DNA of 64,000 nt from Amphiscolops sp. MND2022 (taxonomy: Eukaryota), in assembly GCA_964187785.1 (NCBI GenBank), contig OZ076409.1, forward strand, positions 19,220,001 to 19,284,000. The letters are read 5' to 3'. Of this stretch, positions 14,001-26,888 are shown piece by piece. The translations under genes and the position numbers were made by a program. The notes below the pieces were generated by a model that was not told the origin of the DNA, did no database searches, and saw only the letters and a program-made list of their open reading frames with translations. Position 1 is the stretch's first letter. Each line of letters opens with the position of its first letter.

Positions 14001-17000
14001 TGAGTATAGAATGTTGTTGACCTTAATCGCGATAACGTTTTATTGGAAAAAACTGCCATCTCATGAGTCTTAACATGTCATTCGGCGTTTTTTGTGCAGA
14101 GAGGTTGCAGCTGCCAACAGGAAAATGTCAGTTGGTCTGGGCAGTGTTCGAAACAGGACCTGGTCCGTGTCCAACCGTAGTCTGGCTGGCCATTCCAGTG
14201 CATCCAGCAGCAGTTCCAGCCAACTGAGTCTGGTTGTCAACTTCGAGGAGAGTGTCCTCAATGGCAGGATTGAGCCCTTCGGGGTCATAGAGGTACAAGC
14301 ATACTTCACACTGGCCGAGATTATCAAACGTTTTCTAATCGTTTTTTTTACAGCAGGTTTTTGAAAAAAAGCTGAAGTTGGTCGCAATAATTAAGTAGAT
14401 GATAAAATGCGGTATAGCAAAGCCTGTTCACGTGCGCATTCGTGTTTTTGGAAAGTGATGAATAGGGGACCCAATTTCGACTTTTAAAAAATCAAACCTG
14501 GAATCAACTATTCCTGAATTTTGACTTTGAGAAGTATGTGAGAAAAATTTTAATTTCTAGATGACGATGATTGAAATGAAACAAAATATTTAAGAAACGC
14601 GGAAATCTCGGTCTTCTCTTCAAAGTATCGTTTTTAGTCGGCGCTTTTATAAATAAAAGAGCCCGACTATTACAGTCACTCTTTTTAGTCTGCGCTTTTC
14701 TAGAGAAAAGTGCCCGACTCTTACAGTGGCTAGTTTTTTTTTTCGTCAGACTACAATCTCACTCTGATTGGGCCACTTTTCTTACAATCGAAACTACTAA
14801 AACTACTAGCATAAGGCCGGTCAGCGGAAATTAGTGCAAAAGGGTCCCCCCTTTCATATTTTACTATTTTACCGTAGCCTACAAAACCGGACGAGACTAA
14901 AGGGTCCCCCCTTACAATTTTTTTTTCGGCATTGTGCGACTTTTTTTCAAAAAATTTTTAATGTATCAAAAGAGTCCCCCTTTCGAGTTTTTGATATTTT
15001 GCAACAAAATATATGTTGATGAAGCCCAAAGGGTCCCCCCTTTTACATTTTTCGGCACTATGCCACTATTTCTGAAAGAAAAAATATTCAAAAATTTTTT
15101 TGAAAAATTTTTTTTTGCGCTTCTTGAGCCTTAGGTATAGCGCCGACTTTAGACGTTCCCGTCTTGTTTTATTTAAGACAGACTCGAAGCGACGAACGTT
15201 AAAATTAACGTTCAACTAATTACAGTACTACTAAAATACTGGCAGCGCATTTAAGATAGTGCAAAGGGTCCCCCCTTTCAGTTAGTCCATTTTTATCGTT
15301 ACCTACAAAACCGGCCGAGACTAAAGGGTCCCCCCTTTTGATTTTTTTCGGCACTGTGCGACATTTTTTTTCGAAAATTTTTCAATGTCCCAAAGGGTCC
15401 CCCCTTTGAGTTTTATTTTGCAACAGAATGCATGTTTATAAATCAAAAAAGGTTCCCCCTTTTACATTTTTCGGCACTGTGCGACATTTTCCGAAAGAAA
15501 AAATTTTCGAAAATTTCAAGTTTTTTTCCAAAAAAAATGTTTTGCGCTTTTTGAGCCTTAGATATAGCGCCGACTTTAGACGTTCTCGTCTTGTTTAAAC
15601 CTTATTTTGACCTTTGGGTCCCCTAGTGATGCGAATTGACTGATGAAATGTTGGATCTCGTTTTTGTTTAGGGTTTCAAAGCAGACATAGGTGCTGCGGG
15701 TGGCAAGTTCTGCCCCAAACATGCTACAATAAACTTCGCTGCGTGCTATTACAACTTATCCGATGACGGATCTCCGTCGCCATATTTCGTTAGTTCACAC
15801 AAATTGGTCTGTTCTTTTTCACCAATGGAAACTTTAGATCTGAAAGATCTGATTGTTTAGGGTTATATCAGCTTAGAAAGTCTGGGAAAGCGAGGCTATC
15901 GGGTTCCACGCAAAGGCCAAGTTCAAGTGGTTAGTAATGAATTCATAGTCTATCGTGATTGGTTTCACAAAATGCAATGACACTACATAGCAAGGCAGTA
16001 GTTTATTATCTGTTTCAATACTGTGCCAAATGGGGGCTGAAACAGTTCATGTGTTAAAAAGTCAGTGGGTTTCGCTAACATGGTTTTAAACATGTGTTTG
16101 TCTTATTTTATGAAATCCGCTAATATGTGCTTTGTATAAATTATGCATTCGGTGGGATCCAATGAAAATACTAAAGTCCCAAGTTTGGTATAATAATGTT
16201 GCCATTTTCGGGAGTGGTTTGAAAAGTTTGAAAGTACTCAACAAATGAATGATGTCTTGAATATGTTTTTGCAATCAAATTAATTTCACAACCTTCTCCA
16301 TTTCCATTTTGAGTTTTTTGCATTGTAGACGTTGTTCAACCCGAACGGGTCTCTGATCAAGATCTTCATAGTCATGTTTGACCTGAGTTCGATGCCGCCC
16401 AATCACCACACTTTCCTTCGTCAGCGTACCTTTCTTATGCCGTGTAGCAGTTCTCGCCACACGCATACCAATCAGAAAGGACCGGTACCAGTTGGTAGTG
16501 TCGCCCAGAAGTGTCAGGACAAGCACTCCGCGCAAGTTACTTCCTCCAAAAAGGCCACCCTTAGATATCTACTACATCTCAGGTGAGTGAGTCCTTTATT
16601 CCAGCTTGTTCTTCATCCTTGATTTGACATCCGTCGTGAACCAGTAGTGTATTGTCCCTAATCAAGTTTCTACCGTAAAGTTTTGTGTATCGTATTTTGG
16701 TATGAATTGGTCGATATCGCATCAAGTTCTGTCACACGAATCGTTTTTGAGATTCACGTGGCACGTTGATTGTTTGGATATAGGAATTTTAAAAAAAAAA
16801 CTACTTTTCGCTGTCGTTGAAATTCTGTAAATTTTTCATGTAAACATATTGTGTACTCTTAATACAAACAAGACGGGAACATCCAAAGTCGGACCTTGCT
16901 CAAGGCTCAGAAGTCTTTCGAATATGCTCATGGATAGCTTTTAAGAAATTTCTGGAATATCTTGCAGTGCCGAAAATCATCCGAAGGAAGCCTTCTGGTC

Positions 17001-17349
17001 CTGAAAAACGCTTTTCCTTAACTGAAAACATTGAAAAACCCAAAGAGGAGACCACCCTTTAATATCATCTAACTTTGCATTCATGAATTCCTTCTCATCC
17101 TTCTCATAATAAATCCTTCTCATAATAGTTATGATGTGAAAATCAGTAATGTTGTCTGTCTCCAGGTTTCAGTCTTCTAGCAGTGGTAAGATCTACCTGC
17201 ACACAGATATCAGGTGTATCTTCTCCCGCAATCAGGGCTACGAGACGACTATGGACGCCGGCTCCCAGTCTCATTGCGGCAACTTCCAACTCAAGTCCTT
17301 CACCGAAGTGCCTCAGAACCCCCAGTTCTCCCCCTGCAAGAGCACGTGA
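2060..17349 (+). CDS. atos: Atos/FAM214-family protein, 17 coding exons: 2060-2300, 2878-3074, 5543-5754, 6420-6554, 7248-7573, 8445-8674, 10458-10546, 11107-11315, 12015-12459, 12808-13090, 13333-13551, 13668-13741, 14100-14292, 15672-15788, 15861-15929, 16329-16582, 17166-17349 (3477 nt, 1158 aa)
   Basis: All 16 introns are GT-AG and phase-compatible. Family motifs: N-terminal AIRSHLSFSQLASWL..SPRNVQYK, NTGLPLSSSP, and C-terminal NFEESVLNGRIEP/GFKADIGA/SPSPY/LESLGKRGYRVP/TLFNPN..IKIFIVMFDLSSMPPNHHTFLRQRT/LRYLLHLRFQSSSSGKIYLHTDIR/LKSFTEVPQNPQFSP, matching ATOSA/FAM214A DUF4210 and chromosome-segregation domains as I recall them. The start ATG and the low-complexity middle exons are less certain. 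Confidence 0.9.
3840..4433 (+). mobile_element. Helentron/HINE-like non-autonomous repeat, subfamily variant
   Basis: 5' ttttttagttagcgc..cgcgactattatag, internal AAGGGTCCCCCC subrepeats, 3' ggcgccgacttgggccggtcccggcttgtt. Confidence 0.65.
4482..5107 (+). mobile_element. Helentron/HINE-like non-autonomous repeat
   Basis: Subterminal inverted repeats AGTCGGCGC (4487-4495) and GCGCCGACT (5079-5087); 5' hairpin tagtcgg..ccgacta; T-rich 5' end; ends cttgtt. Confidence 0.7.
6628..6957. mobile_element. MITE-like TIR element, same family as 1634-1882, opposite orientation
   Basis: cagagttttcacatcgctaat ... attagcggtgtcaaaacccag; shared core aactccgtgtattttccgaggaaattttgaatttggtcaat. CAG(A/G)G-type ends are hAT-like, but no TSD was found. 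Confidence 0.65.
9033..9608 (+). mobile_element. Helentron/HINE-like non-autonomous repeat
   Basis: Same termini and internal AAGGGTCCC subrepeats as 4482-5107. Confidence 0.7.
11418..11573 (-). mobile_element. Minimal HINE-like copy, ends only
   Basis: aacaagccgagaacagctcaaagtcggcgc ... cgcggactaaaaa reproduces both family termini in reverse orientation over ~155 bp. Confidence 0.45.
14631..15595 (+). mobile_element. HINE-like repeat (14631-15168) followed by a 5'-truncated tandem copy (~15260-15595)
   Basis: Duplicated 5' motif ttttagtc(g/t)gcgctttt..ccgact; two 3' ends gcgccgactttagacgtt..gtcttgtt at 15168 and 15595. Confidence 0.7.
16867..17065 (-). mobile_element. Degenerate HINE-like 3'-end fragment
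   Basis: aacaagacgggaacatccaaagtcgg..caaggctc is the reverse complement of the family 3' end. Confidence 0.45.
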
Positions 17350-20300
17350 CAATGACGTCACAATCGCTCTTGCTCCGATAATACGTCAAGGTGACGTCAC
17401 ATAAACAGTTTATATGATGTCATGATGATGTCACTCATCCGCCACCTCACCCTGAGTTCAACTTCAACAAAATTGTTGATACCGCCCATAGTTGAATAAT
17501 TAATTGCTAGTACTAAATTCTAGTCTAGATGGCTTACCTGTCTGACTGTTTACTCTATACAATACAGTTTAATTACTTTTATTAATTAGTATTCATTCAA
17601 TTAATTAATTCATTCTCAGTTACACAAATTATACTTTGGTGCAAACAAACATTTCAATATTACTGGTGCGAATATTTTTAGTATTCTCTTCAATTAACTA
17701 ACAACAGCAGCTGTTGTAGGTATTTAGAGTGCAGAATTTTACTATTAGATTGCAATGAAACTATTAACTTCATAATTTCAATTACTAATTCAAATTGTAG
17801 TATTTTATCATTATCCCGTTTTCATTGTCTCGTCCTAAGTAGTTTCTAGACAAGGCAACTTAGTGTAGACCTTTACACTTCTTTCGTCCATTTTTCTGAC
17901 TTTGTACCACATTGGTATAGGAGAAAAGGAGAACCTCTTCCGGGACATGCTAAATGCACTTATTCCGAAATCACTTATTAAGAAAATCTTTTTTCTTCAA
18001 AATGTAATTTTTTCATATAAGGTGTCAAGGCGAATGTAGGGAGCACTCTCTCGAATTGCTTTCAATTTTTGTGCAATTTTACTGACTTGAAAACAATTCC
18101 TCGTAGTTTTGACTGCAGCTATGGGAAGCTACGATACGTTGAAAAATGTCCGGGGTCTTTTGCGCCACAGTCGTCTACGATTTCTTTCCGTTTTTGCCTC
18201 TCAAGTTTCGTGTAATTTTTCGCTCACTCTTTGCATAGATGCTAGAGAGAAACGTCTCACAGGGTCGAAGTGTCATTGTCTACTTCTCACATTTGAAGAC
18301 TGTTTTTTTTAGGCGTAGTTGCTGAGTCGCATATTCATGATAGATACCCATCTAGATATGGTAGATATTTCTGTGGATTAGGTTCGAACCTCTAACGCAA
18401 AAGTAACCTCTAACGCAACAGTGTTCGTAGAGTTCTCGTCAGACTAATCCATGCTAAATAATAACTTCAAGGTTATTCAGTTCATTTGAAAAATCTTTTT
18501 TCAGCTTTAGTTCAATTATTTGTGAAAGCTTCTGTGGTGTGGAGTGTCCTAGACTGATCCCCACACCATTCAACTGTCTAGACTGATAACTGGTATACGG
18601 ACATATTAGGAAACCGTCTAGCCTGTGCTGTATCTGAAAATAGAGACGATGATTACTTTATCAATTTTTATAACTTTTGGAATACAGTTGTATTTTCTAT
18701 AGTTACTTTCAGATGAACACATCGATTTACTGTTGAACTAACATACCTTTTCTAACTTAATTATCCATATGATGCGGATACTATAGCTTTATAGATGCCT
18801 CGTCTCTTGTCATTATTTCACAAGACAGTTTTTCCGGTATGTTTGCTCATCTAAATCTTGAATCGACTCTGCTAAAACGAATTTCTTAAAATGAGTTTTA
18901 TGGCACCCCTAGCAACTCTATAGCTCCGCCTGCATTTTAGAAATTCAAAGGTATTCGACACTTATTAGTCTTTTTCAAACGAAAAAGCTTATGGTTCAAA
19001 ATTTGAATGCTTTCGCACAGAGGTTTACTTCCTAAACATTTAAGAGATCTTGTTTTCCCGAAGTCTAATGCGGAAATGACAAGTTTTTTGCAACTACATT
19101 ACAGATGCAGAGTCAGTGATCCGATTATTTGGAAGCGACAGATACGCCTCGAGGTTTTTTATTTCTTTGCAGTGACATCAAACTGTAAAATATGACCCGA
19201 TAGTGATCGAAAAACTCAACTTGGAAAAACGCAATGACGTTAAACTTTTTTCATCTAAGGCCGAAACATCCTCTTCAACGGTTCACTAGTTTTTATTACT
19301 TGTATTTTTTCGAAGAAACTCAGAAAAATAAAGTAGAATGAGAAACATGATTTATTTTTGCTAATTAAAAAGGAACTCTCAGCTCTTAGAAAGAGTTCCC
19401 GAGAAAGTCATGGGAAGTGTGCAATGTTGGAATTCAATTACTAGCTTCATCGACTTGTAGAAACCGGCTTTTCCACCAACAAAATGCCCCCTGAGCACTA
19501 GGAAAACTTTACAGCTCGAGCGTATCCGACATTCTACGAAACTAGCACGACAAAACTAAAACTTTGGTTAGGTTCAGCAATTTCTTTGGAAAAAAATGTG
19601 AAAGCCTCTGGAATTCTCATCCACGAAAAAATGTACCAACTTAGCATAATAGAATCGGAGGTTTTGGACAAATTTTTCAACTAAAATCTTTGGATTTTTT
19701 TTAGAAAAGTAGGCTAAGTAGCTAATTGTTTTTTCGTTGAACTCTGGTTAATCGTACCCAAAAAAAATGTACTAAAAATGCATGAATCAGTCGAAAATCG
19801 AACATTCTCTGAATGCCTTAATTTGAAATCCTTTGATTTCTCACCAATAAAAAGAACTAAATTTTCATCTGTTAGTCCGATGAACTCTCTGGATATTTAT
19901 GGTACATTCGGAAATCGACGGAACATGAAGAAGTTTGATAACCCTCGAACATTTTGGTGCATAAAATTATTTTGACTTTTCTGATACTGGTATAAATTCC
20001 AAATAAATTTAATTATCTCCACAAATTGAAAGACTGTTAACCCATTTTTTTGTTATTGAGTTCTGTTCCTAGTTAGAAGAACCTATCTGTTGAGTAAAAA
20101 ATTTGATGAATAACTATCAGCGCCTTTTTTGACAATAAATCTTACGGGAGAGGAAAACAACTCGATGAATATTCCTGCGAGTGAATTGATGAGTCTTTGA
20201 AACAATCTAATCTGGGAAAATTTCAAACAATAGTCGGCTAGATAGTTCACACAGATCATACCAGAAAACAGTTCAGTGAGAAAGAGGGGCTTACTACGTT

Positions 20301-20899
20301 GGCAGTGGTTCGAATTCGAGGCAAAATTATCTGACAAGATGTGTCAAATTCTATGTTCTTTGATCTCCTCGGTGAGTACATTTGTTTTATTGAAAAAACG
20401 CAGACAGTTTCGCTTTTCCTTCAATAAAATAACGAAGCTCTTGTGTTGAAGCTGGGAAAATAACTCAGATAAAACAAAGCAACTGATTTTTTCTTTTTCA
20501 AAGTTGAACTCAGTTTTAACAATTCGAGTGATGTTACATACTGGTGACCGCTAGCGCTCTGTCATTTTTTGTTTTGACCAACAGAAAAAAATATTCGTTT
20601 GGGTCGGATTGGTTCTCTTTAAACAAACGTCTATTACCCAGTTCAATTGATAGATAAATAGAGAGATGAACAGATAAAGACTTAAATTCCTTTTCGGAAG
20701 CAAATAAAACAAAATGTGAAGAGGAAATAGTACAAAATTTGATTGTTAGCGCCTGCAGAAAGAGCAAAAGCATTGTGCAAAGAAAGTACAGGGTTTGATG
20801 GGCAAAAAATTGTATCACGAAGAGACCTTGAATAAGCGGTCAGCTTAGATAAAAACAATACAAGAAGGCCAATTGAATGAAGTTGATGATGAGTTCACC

Positions 20900-23800
20900 T
20901 TAAAGATAGTTCCCCGTTTTGGCTGAGCGCAAGAAAAATTGTCATGAGACTTAAGTTTACACAGAAATAAAGTTGGAAGAGTGACTGGTAGCACGATTTT
21001 GTTGCCAATAATGGAAAACAAAACTAAATGAGTGCGCTGAAGTCTGCATCATAATGCAATTATGATGCACCAGAGACGAAGCATATCTTTTTAAATCAAC
21101 ACATAACACAGTGGTAGCAAGTTGCATAAGTTTAGGCGCTCTTGATAGTATGTACCAGAAGGATTGATCCAGTGAAAGACCTCTTTCTGGACGTCGTCAA
21201 GCAGCTTTAGAAACGTTATTGAAGGACTCCAAACATCGCTGCAGTAAAGCAAGATAGAGTGAATGATATAATTGCAAATTTCTAAGGCGTTTAAGACCAG
21301 ACGGCACACTCCTCTTCGGCAGAGCCAAAATTTGAGGGTTTTTATTCTGTTGAGAAATTATGTGACGGTCCCATGATAATTTGTTGCTAATCAACAGCCC
21401 AAGGTCTTCTACTTCATTGACTCCACAAATTGATTCAACCATGATAGACATTGCTAAATCTCTTGCCTCGAAGAATATAGGTTGTTTATGTCACGGTTGA
21501 ACACCATCCCATTTTTTTCAGCCCACACAGTGAGAGACTATATCAAAGTTTAACTAAACAGCATAGGCGCTCGAAGCAATTTGCGCAACGTTTTTGATGT
21601 CATCAATAAAATGCAATGAAGCTGTTTGTTGCAAGCTGTCAGATATTTCATTACTGAAACGTGTAAATTACAAAGGGCTGATAACATTACCTTGAGAAAT
21701 ACCCGGAGTTACACTTTTTAACTCAGAAACTATGTGTTCTAACCTAAAACATTGGTATCTGGTATACAATTAAAATTTGAACAGCAGCAAAAACTTATCG
21801 TCAAAACAAAAAAAAAACAGTTTTTTTGAAAGTTCATTATGGAGTACAAGGTCAAATGCTTTTTAAAATCTAAATTTATTGAATGTTAGTTGCAATTTTA
21901 TCATCAGCAGATCTGTAAAGGAAATCAAGGTGAAGTAGAGGTTGCGAAAGAGGTTTGAGAACACCGGTGCTGAGATAGGAATTTTTAGCACGAACTAAAA
22001 GATAACGACCTAAAGAATGCCTAAACAACATGCGCTTGAAAATAAGAGAAAATTTAAACAAAAACTATCTGGTCTGTAGTTGGGAGCTGATATGAAGGCT
22101 CCGATTTCATGAACAGAAATGATAAATTCATTTTTTTAATCTTCGGACCAAATACCAGTTTCAACATATAAGTTAAAAAGAGAATATAAAGTGGACAAAA
22201 TGAGAAACTCAAAATTGGAAAAAAAACCCGGAACGTCAAACCCAGCTGGACGATTCTTGTCACATCTATTCCACATGTTCTCCATAACAGGCATAGTGAC
22301 AAGGGACTTTGAAAGAATGATATTGAGGTTTTTAACCTGATCAACAAAGTAAAATTGCTGGCCCAATTACCAAAGAGAAATTGTTTGGATTGGCTTTGTC
22401 ACACTTGGTTGAAATGTAATGATGTTCCAATCCAGGTGAGAACGAATGGCAGAGGAGCCTAAATTTGAAGGAAGACGTTCAAAACAATGCTGAATATCTG
22501 CGATAATGACTGTTTTGAGAAATCTACCTTTGTCAATGTCTTGGGACTGCGATATTTGTTCTTTAGTAAAAGACAGCCTTTAAACAGTAATCCAATCAAA
22601 TGACAATCATCATTTTTTTCATCAATGTTACTTCTGTCAATCAAATGAGTTTAGAAGTATAAATCTAGGGTTGATTTGTCTTCCACGTACGTTTGAAAAC
22701 TGAGCTAGAGAGTTTCTCTTATGCCATGGAATCACTTCAATATAGAAGAATCGGAGTAAATGAAATCTTCACCCAAGAGCAAACACAGGTCGTTGAGGCT
22801 GGAATTTGAGGCAGTAATATCAAAAATCGATTTCTAATGATCATAAGCGTTTTCAGGGAGATGACTTGAAATAGGATAAAGATGAGACAAACGTTTTTTG
22901 AGTATGGAACATGAGATGTATGGACTAGATGTTGCAATCAGATCAAGAATTTAGCCTTCACTATGTGTAGGTTTGGTAATAAGTTGGAAAAGATCGATCT
23001 CATACAAGAGATTCAGAAAATTAGTCTCGAAGGAATTACTGCCCATGAGAGTTTCCCAATTGATCCCAGGAAACTTGAAGTTGTATAGTTTCCACTGCCT
23101 TAACTCCAGTGTATTTTGCTTCGGTAGATGACACATAATAAAGGATGGCTTTGCAGAGAGGTCATCAAAACAGGGATTGTATGATGATAAAACTGGTGGA
23201 CAGTAAATAAGAATGAATAGAAAGGGTATGTTATCCGAATGCAAGCTACACGATACACTGAGAAGAAACTTGTTGTTCGGCAGGTCATCTACGTTGAAAT
23301 CCCCAAAGTAATCATCAACGGCAATCAATAAAACACTATCATGTTCAATTTAATTCCTGCCTGAGCGCGCAACTTGTTTGATGGATGATCCCATTGTGTT
23401 CTCTGCTCTACTAATCTCATCGGATAACCAAAATTTGCACAAAAAGGCCAATTTGATGCTATTAGCGACCAAAAGCTGATGTAGAGTTTGCCGTCTCTCC
23501 AAACCACGTGATGGGTGACAATTGTATGCGAGAATAGTGAAGCAATTTAGTCAGTTATTGCCATCTACACGACTTTTTGCACCCTTTATGTTACCTCCAG
23601 TTTTTTTGATGCGATAAAGTCTTTTCGTGTTCATCATTCTGCAATAATACGTACCCTTGCGAGTAGTCTTCCTTTTGACTGACCTCTCAACAGAGAAAAA
23701 TTATTTTTCGAGATAAACTTGATGTTAATAATTTTTAGCGTGTAATTTTCTGCAAAGCATTTGAATTGAAACCAGGTGAGGACAGCACTGTACACGTTGA

Positions 23801-24400
23801 GAGGCAAAAAGAAGAAATCTGAGTTTTGGACTTCTTGCCAAATCGTCTTGCAGATACAATGTTGGCGGAATCATCATTTATCTGTTGTAAAAGTTCACTT
23901 AACAATGTCGGCATCGTGTTCAAGTTGCTCCACTTCCGTGTCACCTAAATCAGGATTTCCCGTAATGATATTGCATTTTCAGCAGAGTTGTTGGGAGAAG
24001 AAAAAGAATAAGATGACGGAGTTGAAAGTCAATCTGGGTTGACAATCTGCTTCAACGCGTTGTTGAACTTTTAGGTACTGGTTCCTGAAGACTTTTTTGA
24101 TCAACGCTACAATCGAAGGCTGTAATGTCCTATTAGTTTTTTTATTCGTAACACAAAATTCACAAACGTAAAAAATATCCTTCTTTTTTGTAAGGACAGA
24201 TTTATTTTGGTGAACTGGAACATTACGGACATCGTTCATGGAACCACATTATACAATTTTCACGTCCAACCGAGTTGTTGCAAGAAGTTGTCCCTTCCCC
24301 ATATTTAGCGCTTTCATGTTAAAATATTGCCCTGTGGAACACAATGATTGATTTCCAGTTCGTTTTCTTAATTTTCGTTTTCCTCCTTTTTTAGACATCG
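20900..24400 (-). mobile_element. Decayed CR1/L2-like LINE (PHD-finger ORF1 remnant, APE endonuclease, reverse transcriptase)
   Basis: Minus-strand remnants: PHD-like NC.MWFHERC..FYVCEFC (~24160-24290); endonuclease ILIYCPP..FKFPGINW..FQLITKPTH (22951-23328); RT motifs LKAFDLVLH (~21840-21860), PGISQGNVISPL (~21665-21715), FIDD (~21595-21610), VEDLGLLISNKLSWDRHI (~21370-21425). Many stops and frameshifts; boundaries approximate. Confidence 0.75.
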
Positions 24401-25449
24401 ATTTTTCTGGCTTGCTTCTCGCTTGTTTTTCTTTGTTCAGTTCTTCTTCCTCCCACTCTAACTCCGACTGTGCGCCCTCTTCTGTCCTTTTTGGTTGTTT
24501 TGGCTGAGTACTATTAGTGCTGCTGGTTGTCGTTTTTTCATTGGTTCATATTTTCACGCAGTTTCTACCTGATTAGCTGCTTCACCTCGTGATGACAAAC
24601 TCTTCTTGTTTTGACTGGCTGCACTTTTTGGGTCGCTCTTGCTATCTACCACTTTGCTCTCATTTCCCATTTTACCATCTTCTTGCGTCTTAGACAAGTT
24701 TGCCGTATTAAACCATTTTGAGCAGCATGGCTGTTGCTCCTTTTGTTCGAGAGTTCTTCTTGAGATTATCGTTGTCTGTGAACGTCATGCTGCCAAGAAA
24801 CTGATCGTATGGTTGCAATGCTCGAGCTTCACTTACTTGCGTTTTCGATACCTTCTCTCTACATATTTTTTCCTCTGGAGCGTTCCGGAATCAAAATATT
24901 TGTCCTGATTCAAAGTCGTTGTCGTTGGGTTTCAATTCTGGAGATTCTGAAAAAAACTGGAATTTGTTAGTAAGAAATCTTTTATTCGTCTTTGCTTCTT
25001 GTTCCAAATACTTTTCGTCTAGTGACTTGTTCTTAGCTGTTGGATTCATTCAATAAGATCTCTGGTAATCCTGATTTAGTCTTGCTATTGAGAATTTGTT
25101 TCGTTGCCCTCAGCCTTTCATTTATCGAACTAGTTAGTGTTTCCATTCCGCATTTCCTTCCGGATCTCTAATTGGACCTTCAACATATGAATATTGAAAA
25201 TAAGAATATTTTTTCACATTTTGCTTTGAATCGCTATCAATGTTCGCAAAACCGATTGTACTCACTCGTATCTCATAAGTTGCTATCACAGTTTGAATTA
25301 TGTTTACTCTATATTGCGCGGCTGCTTTTGTTGAGATAAATTGGGGCAAATGTGCTCTTCATTGTTCGCGGTTTCGTTTGCTCAAGCGAGCTCTCACTTG
25401 CCACTTCACTCTTGTCCGTCGGCTCGCTTGATTCTGCCAACTGGCAATG

Positions 25450-26680
25450 GATGGGTTGATTCGCGAGGCTGTGTCAGTTCTGCTCATCTAAAACTATTTT
25501 TTTACCTTTTGGTTCGTTAACCGTAAGCCAGTCGCTGGCAATGCAATGGATGCTCTATTGAAAATGTCTTACATTCTTTATTTCTCTTTATATTAGATGT
25601 CAATGCTTTGTGATTTCAAACTCTCCCGTATATTTACTTTTGAAAGTTTTCTTCCGCCCCGGCAAGGCTAAAAGTTTTAACTCAATTGTTGAACACTTTT
25701 TTTCGAAAGTGGGTAAGATTCTCGATGCGTAGTAGACTACACTCTAACTTTTTTCGGATTTCCGCTGCAGTAAATCTCCCAATTCGTTCTGGCTGGCATC
25801 ACACATGATTTTCATTGGTTAATATTTCTTAAAGTGCTCTGTTTATGTTAGTTTTTGCATATTAGTCTTTATTTCTTGAAGTGTTCCATAATTTTCTTCT
25901 GTCCACTTCCATTGCTTATCTTCACTCAACACTGGTCCTAGCAGAGTGCAAAAGTGAATTATGCCAGGTTTTTGAAATAGACCCATTCATCTAATTTGTT
26001 TGCTCTCAAAATGATCGGAGTTCTTTCAATTTTTCGGCCTGAGTTTGTCGCTATTTGCTTGCGTTTTATCATCTACTTGCTTCATCTTCTCGCTTGCTGA
26101 TAGTTTGAAACCCGACCGTTCTGTCTTCATTTGCATCATTTTAGTTTTCGTTTTCTTCAGGAGGTTCGCTGCTTCACTCTGTGTTTGGAGTACCCATTCT
26201 ACTTTCTTCATGTGTTGGTCCTTGGTGCCCTTAGTTACTACCAGAATGTCGTCAAGGTGCAATATTCTGTCCATGGTCGTTCGAAATTCAGGCGGCAAAA
26301 TGATCAGTTCATTAGATTCAGTGTCACGCATAGGTTCCTGATGCTCTTCCGCAACAATCTGGAAGTTGGAATGCTTTGCAGTGTCCTGGTGCAGTTAACT
26401 TTGCCATATGCATACAACATATCCAGTGAGATAAACATCACAGTTCCGTATTCTTTGCCATTAATATTCTCGGTTACTTGTACAGGTTCAGCCTCTGATA
26501 TTTGTCCTTCTGAACATCATTGTTCAGTGATCTGGCATCTAGCGCTGTTTTAGGTTCTTATCCTTCTTGACAGTTATCACAACCGCTTGGATGAAAACGG
26601 CCGTCATTTCCATGACTCGTTGTACTTGCCCGTCTTCCACCAACTTGTCGAATTCTTTACCACTGCTTCCGGAAGCTGCA
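25450..26680 (-). mobile_element. Decayed Ty3/Gypsy pol remnant (RT-RNase H)
   Basis: LPPEFRTTMDRILHLDDILVVTKGT (RT, 26026-26331); KIMCDASQNELG (RNase H, ~25780-25815); ASRILPTFEKKCSTIEL (~25680-25730). Heavily disrupted. Confidence 0.7.
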
Positions 26681-26689
26681 GAGGCGAAA

Positions 26690-26888
26690 CAATGTGTAAC
26701 AATGCCAAAAAACTGAAAGGGGTGCGTTTATTCTCGCCCGGTGTTGTATGTTACGCGGAAAAAAAGAAAAACCTTTTTGGTTCAGTTTTTAGGTCAAATG
26801 GTTATGTTTGACACCATAAAATTTTCTGGAACTTTGAATGAAAGTAACTATAATAGTCGCGTTTCACTTCATGACGCGGCGACTAAAA
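26690..26888 (-). mobile_element. HINE-like 5' fragment of the 3840-4433 subfamily
   Basis: actataatagtcgcgtttcacttcatgacgcggcgactaaaa is the reverse complement of the 3840 5' end. Confidence 0.6.

Noticed and set aside
14820-15480. CRISPR-like array of AAGGGTCCCCCC repeats
   Set aside because: Eukaryotic intron context, irregular spacing, spacers similar to each other and to other copies, no cas genes.
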